Source of the DNA: Octopus vulgaris | Lineage: Eukaryota | NCBI GenBank assembly: GCA_951406725.2 | Contig: OX597840.1 | Coordinates: forward strand, 33,046,001-33,110,000 | DNA: 64,000 nt | Direction of reading: 5' to 3' | Part shown: positions 53,793 to 64,000 of the stretch, one piece after another | Layout: every line of letters begins with the position of its first letter | Position numbering within the stretch: position 1 is the first letter of the stretch | Translations under genes and position numbers: made by a program | The notes under the pieces: generated by a model | The model's input: only the letters and a program-made list of their open reading frames with translations | What the model was told of the DNA's origin: nothing | The model's database searches: none

Positions 53793-55108
53793 AAGGTAAA
53801 GGTAAAGATACCTTCTCGAGTTATACCTATTTCTTTACTGCCCACAAGGGGCTAAACACAGAGAGTACAAACAAGGTCAGACAAACGGATTAAGTCGATT
53901 ATATCGACCCCAGTGCGTAACTGGTATTTATTTAATCGACCCCGAAAGGATGAAAGGCAAAGTTGATCTCGGCGAAATTTGAACTCAGAACGTAACGGCA
54001 GACGAAATACCTATTTTTTTTACTACCCACAAGGGGCTAAACACACAGGGGACAAACAAGGACAGACAAACAGATTAAGTCGATTATATCGACCCCAGTG
54101 CGTAAATGGTACTTATTTAATCGACCTCGAAAGGATGAAAGGCAAAGTCGACCTCGGCGGAATTTGAACTCAGAACGTAACGGCAGACGAAATACCTATT
54201 TCTTTACTACCCACAAGGGGCTAAACACAGAGAGGACAAACAAGGACAGACAAACAGATTAAGTCGATTATATCGACCCCAGTGCGTAAATGGTACTTAT
54301 TTAATCGACCTCGAAAGGATGAAAGGCAAAGTCGACCTCGGCGGAATTTGAACTCAGAACGTAACGGCAGACGAAATACCTATTTCTTTACTACCCACAA
54401 GGGGCTAAACACAGAGAGGACAAACAAGGACAGACAAACAGATTAAGTCGATTATATCGACCCCAGTGCGTAAATGGTACTTATTTAATCGACCTCGAAA
54501 GGATGAAAGGCAAAGTCGACCTCGGCGGAATTTGAACTCAGAACGTAACGGCAGACGAAATACCGCTAAGCATTTTGCCGACGCGCTAACGTTTCTGCCA
54601 GCTCGCCGCCTTATCCCTTCTCGAGCCATACCGACTCATAACGGGTTTCAGTGGCGTATAAGTTCCCTACTTGGACGGGACGTCGGTCCGTCGCAGGGTT
54701 ACAACTCAATTTTGCCAGCTGAGTGGACTGGAGCAACGTGAAATGAAGTGTTTCGCTCACGAACACAACGCATCGCCCGGTCCAGGAATCGAAACCGGAA
54801 TCTTACGATCATGATGCTGACACCTAACCACTAAGCCACGCGCCTCCACAAATAAATGCGCCCTTTTCAAGCCTAGTCAGGCTCATGGACCAGGTTTCCC
54901 GGTTTCTATGACGTATGTGTTCCCCCCCAGCTGGACGGGACGCCAGTCCATCGCAGCGTTACTCATTTTTGCCAGCTGAGTGGACTGGAGCAACGTGAAA
55001 TGAAGTGTTTTGCTCAAGAACACAACGCGTCACCCAGTCCTGGAATCGAAACCACAATCTTACGATCATGAGTCCAACGCGCTAACCAATACGCCACGCG
55101 TCTCCACG
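53793..55108 (-). mobile_element. SINE D-headed dimer with 13-bp TSD ACATCTCCGACAC, hosting a SINE B array
   Basis: TSD at 53780-53792 and 55109-55121; two D heads ending at ~54846 and ~55105. Confidence 0.8.
53828..54610 (-). mobile_element. SINE B array: one head plus four ~184-bp bodies
   Basis: Flanked by imperfect duplication CCTTCTCGAG(TT/CC)ATACC. Confidence 0.9.
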
Positions 55109-55471
55109 ACATCTCCGACACTAGGGACACGTGATTAAAGTATCACAAGAATTCTTCATGCCCGGTCAACTGGCAGGAAACTCTGGGGAAGGACAAAAAC
55201 AAGATGGTTGCATAATATCTATAATTTCAGAAGTTCACGACTGGGACGCCAGCTGAAATATCTCACGACGATTACGTCACAAATGACCTTGTAGCGGAAG
55301 TGAATGAGGACACTACCCACACAACCCTCTTAGGAATTGTGGGCAGAGACGATGGATGGAGGAATGAAGTAATCTTGCATCATGTTTATAAACATGTTCG
55401 CCATTCATAATTTAGTCATATATATTGTGCGGTTTCTCCATCAGCATACATAGAAATTGTTTCATCATAGC

Positions 55472-55539
<68 letters not shown>

Positions 55540-55554
55540 ATAAGATATATATGG

Positions 55555-56092
55555 AAGAAAATGGAGAAATACATCAAAATCAAATATCAAATTACCAGAT
55601 AATACTCAATCACATACTTTATTAAACCACCACATAAGAGACTGTAGGGTTAAACATAAAAACGCAGAACAAATCAGTGTACATAAAGGAATGTACATAA
55701 AAGAGTAATGTTGTATAATAAGTAGAATATATATAAAAAAGAGAATATACATATAAGTAAATATAAATATAAGTATAGATTACATCTTACAGCTGTTTCG
55801 GCCATGTAGATTAATATTGGTAAAATGAGACATACTTATCTACATGGCCGAAACAGCTGTAAGATGTAATCTATACTTATATCTATATTTACTTATATGT
55901 ATATTCTCTTTTTTATATATATTCTACTTATTATACAACATTACTCTTTTATGTACATTCCTTTGTGTACACTGATTTGTTCGGCTTTTTTATGTTTAAC
56001 CCTACAGTCTCTTATGTGGTGGTTTAATAAAGTATGTGATTGAGTATTATCTGGTAATTGATATTTGATTTAGATGTATTTCTCCATTTTCT
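55555..56092. repeat. Near-perfect palindrome, about 255-bp arms, 26-nt loop
   Basis: Centre ACAGCTGTTTCGGCCATGTAGAT...ATCTACATGGCCGAAACAGCTGT. Confidence 0.92.
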
Positions 56093-56272
56093 TATCTTGT
56101 ATTAGTAATTTGTGGTAAATCATTTTTACCTTTGCCCATATAATACAGTAAATGAATTGATTGCATCGCAATCCTTAACATTTATGTATTAACTTTGTTG
56201 GGTACTTCACTAGCAGTATATTGGATATATGTTATCCCATGGAGGGTTGCATTTACAACCCCTATGTCAATT

Positions 56273-56335
<63 letters not shown>

Positions 56336-56473
56336 GTATAGAGATTGAATAGTGTATCCACATTTGGCTCTGTACATTTTGGAAGTGTTGGTTGGATCTC
56401 TGTTACATGGTGTTGCTCGATTGTGTGAATATTCGGTCATAGCACTTGCAAATTTTATTAAAAAATGGGACAT

Positions 56474-56536
56474 ATTATACTGAAGAGAGAAGTAAGTAAA
56501 ATTTAAATTACTTTAATCTCGAAACGCGTATGTAAT
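56474..56536 (+). ncRNA. Type I hammerhead ribozyme, canonical core
   Basis: ATTATA-CTGAAGA-GAGA...TCTC-GAAAC-GC-GTA-TGTAAT: 6-bp stem I (one GU), palindromic stem III ACGCGT. Confidence 0.85.
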
Positions 56537-56691
56537 TAATCCTGGTCGTGTTGATTCATTGTTCTTTCTCTTTGCCTTCGTAAAAATGTATGTTTACCGT
56601 CATGGAGATTCTTATAGTAGCAGAAAAGGAATTTTTAACTCCTATTTCTAATTTCGGTATGTGGTGAAGCAGTTAACTGAACCTTAATTAT

Positions 56692-56801
<110 letters not shown>

Positions 56802-56831
56802 TATGTATGTATACATATATACATATATAAG

Positions 56832-56868
<37 letters not shown>

Positions 56869-57010
56869 TAAGTATATATATGTATATATATGTATGTAAG
56901 TATGTATGTATGTATGTATGTATGTATGTATGTATGTATATATATATGTATATGTCGTATGAATCGAGGCTGTTACGCAATTATAACCACTTACACGAAT
57001 TGCCATATGT

Positions 57011-57806
<796 letters not shown>

Positions 57807-58002
57807 AGATATATATATATATAATAATAATAAATATTAGGGAATAAATCCAAATTTACAGGGAAAAAATCAGATTTAGGATTAAATCCAATTTTATAGT
57901 AAAATATTATATAATATTAATTCGAGACAAAACCACTATTTTGCAAAACAAACAAGGAAAGACTTAATCAATACATGAAATTTTAATAAAGTAAATAAAC
58001 CG

Positions 58003-58046
58003 CCACTACAATCGTTTCATGTCTTCAAATGACATTCGTCAGGTGG
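58003..58046 (-). ncRNA. Type I hammerhead ribozyme in the loop of a ~90-bp inverted repeat
   Basis: CCAC-CTGACGA-ATGTC-atttgaa-GACAT-GAAAC-GATT-GTA-GTGG. Confidence 0.85.
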
Positions 58047-58146
58047 ATTTCCGATTTTCAAATCAGTTTATTTACTTTATTAAAATTTTATGTATTGGTT
58101 AAGTCTTTCCTTGTTTGTTTATTCAAAATAGTGGTTTTGTCTCGAA

Positions 58147-58179
<33 letters not shown>

Positions 58180-58359
58180 CATACATATACACACACATAT
58201 ATATATATATATACATATATATTTCCCTCTTCCCCTTCCCTCTGCTCCCTCACTCCCCCTCTCCCTCTCCTTCTCCTCCCCCTCCTCCCCTTCCTTCTCC
58301 CCCCTCTCCTCCTCCCCCTCTACACCACACGACTTCACACATCACATCATATATGATGT

Positions 58360-58700
58360 GCCATACTAATACATACACCAACTAATACATACTAATACGT
58401 ACTAATACATACTAATACATACTAATACATACACCAACCCTATACATACACACGTCCAGACCCCTCATACGCACTTATACTCTCTCATACACACACACAC
58501 ACACACTTATACATACTAATACGTACTAATACATACTAATACATACTAATACATACACCAACCCCATACATACGCACGTCCACACCAATCCTACGCACTA
58601 ATACTCTCTCATACACACACACACACACACCCCTTATACATACTAATACATACACCAACCCTATACATACACACGTCCAGACCCCTCCTACGCACTATTA
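58360..58700. repeat. CATACTAATA minisatellite with higher-order duplication
   Basis: Directly visible. Confidence 0.8.
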
Positions 58701-58868
58701 GCTGGTCCTTCAACCATATTATCAACCCTATTATCTCCCCTTATTTCGCTCTCGCGTCTCATGTTTGATCTTTGACCTCTGGCCGAAATCAGATCGCCAT
58801 GTTGATTCGTTAGCTACTGCACGCATTTTTTTTCTCTCCATCTTTCTGTGTTTTTTTCTCTCTGTGTA

Positions 58869-58906
58869 TCTTTCTGTTGAAGAGCGTAGGCTCGAAACGT
58901 TAAAGA
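58869..58906 (+). ncRNA. Hammerhead-like motif with CUGUNGA (A6U) core; relatives at 5753-5788 (+), 38470-38504 (-) and 57384-57421 (-)
   Basis: TCTTT-CTGTTGA-A-GAGC-gtag-GCTC-GAAA-CG-TT-AAAGA. Confidence 0.6.
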
Positions 58907-59789
58907 CTTGTTTTATTTATATTTCCTGAGCGCCATACTAATACAATTGTTCGTTTGTTTTCCACCTGCCTTCGTCTTTTGTCTATTTTCATAAAGCTTC
59001 CCGTTATATATACATATATATATATATATACATATAGGTATATATATATAGGTATGTATGTGTATACACACATACATACCTCTGTGTGTGTGTGTGTAGC
59101 GGTATTCGAGATGATAATTACCAATATGAGACAGAAATAAGAGGTGGGGGTTGGTCATTATATTTAATATACTTAATATAACTAGACCACCATATTGTAA
59201 TTATTGGATACTTTTCCTTCTGACGAAGTAAACATTTGGCAATTCGTGTAAGGGGCAATTACGCAATTATTGGCATAACAGGCTAAATTGCTATAACATA
59301 TTTATATACAGACAGGGCTATGATGAAACAATATCTATGGATGCTGTGAGGTTAAGCTGCAAATGTAACCAAATCCTAAATGACAAACCTGTTTATAAAC
59401 ATGACGCAAGATTATCTCATCCCTCCATCCATCTACCCATCTACCCATCCATCTTCCCTGCCCACAATTCCCTAAAGGGTTCTGGGGGTGGAGTCCTCGT
59501 GTACCTCCTCCGCAGGGTCACTCGAGGCGTGGTCAGTCATTTGGTTGTGGCCATGCTGGAGCACCGCATCAAAGGGGTTTATTTGAAAGAAAATATCGAC
59601 CCCAGGGCTTATTATTTGTAAGTCTAGAACTTATTATCTGTATCTTTTGCCGAGCTACTATGTTAAGGGGACGTAAACACACCAACATCGATTGTCTAGT
59701 GATGATGGGGAGGGACAAACACAGTCAGAGAGACACACAGTCACAGCAGACACACATAGACACACACACTGACACATACGTCGGGCTAC

Positions 59790-59855
59790 TTTACCCTCGG
59801 GCTGACCAAAGGCTTGTGAGTGAATTTGGTAGACGGAAACTGAAAGAAGCCCGTC

Positions 59856-59920
<65 letters not shown>

Positions 59921-60202
59921 TGTATGTATGCATGCATGCATGTATGTATGTATGTAAGTATGTATGTATGTATGTATGTGTGTGTATATGTTTGTGTGTC
60001 TGTGTTTGTCTCCCCAACATCGCTTGACAACTGATGCTGGTGTGTTTACGTCCCCGTCAGCTAGCGGTTCGGCAAAAGGAGACCGATAGAATAAGTACTA
60101 GGCTTACAAAGAATAGGTCCTGGAGTCGATTTGCTCGACTAAAAGCGGTGCTCCAGCATGGCCGCAGTCAAACGACTGAAACAAGTAAAAGAGTAAAAGA
60201 GA
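59790..60202 (+). mobile_element. SINE family A, 5'-truncated, joined to an inverted diverged 3' half at ~59530-59760
   Basis: Sequence identity to family A. Confidence 0.85.
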
Positions 60203-60530
60203 GTATAAGAGCAAGTTGATAAAAATCCTAAATTTTCAAAGAAATATTTTCTAATAGCATAAATGTGTTTAAGCTTTTAACATCATTTTCCGCAAATAGT
60301 CTTCTGCTAAACTGATGCTCCAAGGCACAGTGAAAAAAAAAAGAAAAAAAAAAAAAGAGAGAAATCTGAAAAATTCCCGCCAAAACACGAAATGAAGAAA
60401 TTTCAAGTCGTTGCTGCCTAACTTCGACGTTCGCCGAAAGCTGTATGATTTGAAAGAGATTGACTGTTATTTCAAGCAATAGATAATGTACCACCCAGAG
60501 ACTCCGTTAACACGTTGCAGTGATATATGT

Positions 60531-61498
60531 TTATTTCTTTATTGCCCACAGGGGGCTAAACATAGAGGGAACAAACAAGGACAGACAAAGGGTTTCAGTC
60601 GATTACATCGACCCCAGTGCGTAACTGGTACTTAATTTATCCACTCCGAAAGGATGAAAGACAAAGTCGACCTCGGCGGAATTTGAACTCAGAACGTAAC
60701 GCTAGACGAAATACCTATTTCTTTACTACCCACAAGGGGCTAAACACAGAAGGGACAAACAAGGACAGACAAACGGATTAAGTCGATTATATCGACACCA
60801 GTTCGTAACTGGTATTTATTTAATCGACCCCGAAAGGATGAAAGACAAAGTCGGCCCCGGAGGAATTTGAACTCAGGACATAACGCTAGACGAAATACCT
60901 ATTTCTTTACTGCCCACAAGGGGCTAAACACAGAGAGGATAAACAAGGACAGACAAACGGATTAAGTTGATTATATCGAACCCTGTGCGTAACTGGTACT
61001 TATTTATTCGACCTCCAAAGGATGAAAGGCAAAGTCGACCTCGATGGAATTTGAACTCAGAACGTAGTGGCAAACGAAATACCTGTTTCTTTACTACCCA
61101 CAAGTGGCTAAACATAGAGGAGACTAACAAGGACAGTCAAACGGATTAAGTTGATTATATCGAACCCTGTGCGCAACTGGTACTTATTTATTCGACCTCC
61201 AAAGGATGAAAGGCAAAGTCGACCTCGACGGAATTTGAACTCAGAACGTAGTGGCAAACGAAATACCTATTTCTTTACTACTCACAAGTGGCTAAACATA
61301 GAGGAGACTAACAAGGACAGTCAAACGGATTAAGCCGATTACATCGACCCCAGTGCGTAACTGGTACTTAATTTATCCACCCCGAAAGGATGAAAGGCAA
61401 AGCCGACCTCGACGGAATTTGAACTGAGAACGTAACGCTAGACGAAATACCACAAAGCATTTCGCCCGGTGTGCTAACGTTTCCGCCAGCTCGTCGCC
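60531..61498 (-). mobile_element. SINE B array: one head plus five 184-bp bodies within a single 14-bp TSD
   Basis: CGTTGCAGTGATAT at 60513-60526 and 61498-61511. Confidence 0.92.
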
Positions 61499-61908
61499 GT
61501 TGCAGTGATATTAGTAGTTGACTTATATTTGTTGGTTAGCTCCAGGTTAAATCTGATTCAGGAGATCCGTTGACCATCCGTGACCATCTCGACATTTTGT
61601 GTATCTCCCTCGGATTACATTATCTACATGTTCTTTCCGTTTGAATCAGTAGGGTTTGTTCTAAAGGGGCTTTTGCTGCTATTTCTACAAGACACTGCGT
61701 CGCTTCGTGATTATTTTTCAGGTGTGAAGTATTCGATGAATGAAGGTGTCAAAGGGGAGATAATTACTGTCAAACTTTTGTCGTTGTCATCGATAGCGGT
61801 TGGATGGTTCAGATACATATATAGATGACGGGGTGACTGGGTGGATAGGGGGACGAACAGACAGACACACACACACACAGACACACGGACAAGTAGATAT
61901 ATAGGTAT

Positions 61909-62076
<168 letters not shown>

Positions 62077-62242
62077 GTAGTTTATTCTTGTACTGGTTTC
62101 AGTCATTGAACCGTAGCCAATCCGAGGAAGAATGATTTTATTTGTTAATCAGTCACATCGATACTTGTAAACATATCTATCAATCTGCTGGTTATCGATT
62201 TCAATTTATCAGTAGCAACAAGGAAAATAAACAACAACGCAA

Positions 62243-62271
62243 AAATAATAATAATGATGATGATGATGATT

Positions 62272-62329
<58 letters not shown>

Positions 62330-62358
62330 TAATAATAATAATGATAATGATAATAATA

Positions 62359-62444
<86 letters not shown>

Positions 62445-62474
62445 GATGATGATGATAACAACAACAACAACAAC

Positions 62475-62533
<59 letters not shown>
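62243..62533. repeat. (AAT/GAT)n microsatellite
   Basis: Directly visible. Confidence 0.95.
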
Positions 62534-63336
62534 GGTTATGACAGACACCCTGACAGGAGGGGAAGACGACAGAACTAAAAAAAAAGACAAAAATAAACGA
62601 AAGCAAAAAAGTACAAAAAAGAAAGAAATAAAGAAATGAAATTCTGCACCAGCCACCAGCGAAATAGTCCTACCTGTCGACTAACATAAAAGTGATGTGA
62701 ACTCTAAGATCGCCGCCTAATTATCAATCTAGGTTTCATACTAGACAAGAAAAAGGAGGGAGGTCAGAATAAAAAATATTTTTAAATGACTGGTTCGTGA
62801 CCATAATACTTGTGATCATAGTTCTTATCGATTACTATTAACTAGGGCCAAATAATAACTGTATGAGCATATAGCAGCGGTAACAACCGTAATGAAATAA
62901 TAGTACTACCTGGTCATGGACAAAGGAGAGAGCGACGCTTTAAACTCGAGTATCGTTTGGTGTTAGTGAATACGAAAATGTAAAGAAAAAAAAAAGCGCG
63001 GTGGCCGTCTAATGCTTATGATACATAGTTCTGCTCGATCACAATGAAACCAGGGGTTAAATAACAAAAAAATACAAGAATAACAACGATGATAACCGCA
63101 TTATTAGGATAAATATACAGCGGCGAAGATCGTTAGCTAGGTACACAAAATGTCTGTCTTCCCTCAAACGTTCACGCCTGTGCGAACGTCACACACACTT
63201 CCTGCACTCACAGACACACATACACTCATACACACCAATGCTTTATAATGCACTGCTACAGCTGCTACTGCTACCGCCCCCTTCTGTCGGTATTCCTTTT
63301 ACCTTTTGTTATGCTTATATATACATACATACATAC

Positions 63337-63455
<119 letters not shown>

Positions 63456-63531
63456 CAAAAATAAGCAACAAGAATGACTCCGGTAATTTGGTACAATTGT
63501 TTCGCACTACAACATTTTATTAAAATTTATA

Positions 63532-63606
<75 letters not shown>

Positions 63607-64000
63607 CCTTTGCACGTTTCAGTCATTTGGCGGCGGTCATGCTGGAGCACCATCTGAAAGGATTTCAGTCTAAGAAATCGATCCCCAGGACTTCTTTGTA
63701 AGCCTAGTATTTATTCTATCGATCTCTTTTGTCGAACCGATAATGTACAGGGACATAAACGCACATCGGTTGTCAAGCGATGGCGGGTGGGATATATATA
63801 TATATCCTTAAATCCTTAAAAATGTTTCAGCCCGAAGGCCACGGCCATTCTGGGCACCACCGTTGAATGAGCTACACTAGTTTGTGAATCCACCTCTGAT
63901 ACGTGGCACTTGGTCAACAAGGGAGTTCGATGCTGCTGCCCGCATCTGTGTCTCCTGTCGTGAGGTAGGTTCATCTGGGATCCCCGACAAGAAGAGATAT

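Noticed and set aside
61580-61828. Possible host exon after TTTTTCAG at ~61720
   Set aside because: No recognisable protein similarity or convincing donor site

Overview
Repeat-saturated eukaryotic DNA with no confidently identifiable host gene. Nearly all ORFs in the supplied track are translations of microsatellites. The abundant (TA/CA/GA/CAT/AAT)n tracts, tRNA-headed SINEs and TTAGGG repeats suggest a cephalopod, probably Octopus, but this is inference. Recognisable content: four tRNA-derived SINE families (called A-D here), three decayed mariner (DD34D) transposons, three CR1-like LINE 3' fragments, two Penelope-like element (PLE) remnants (one RT plus GIY-YIG, one GIY-YIG only), nested Helitron-like elements, MITE/foldback elements and several long palindromes. 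The most notable signal is a dense population of minimal type I hammerhead ribozymes (HHRs), read by eye. The best is a 353-bp-period, hairpin-rich, non-coding tandem element at 44597-45217 with two identical, textbook-perfect HHRs, the architecture expected of a circRNA-producing non-LTR retrozyme. Other HHRs lie 3' of both PLE ORFs and inside fold-back insertions in (TA)n tracts, including recurring variant cores (U3-A8 and A6U). All folding and alignments were done manually and need computational confirmation.
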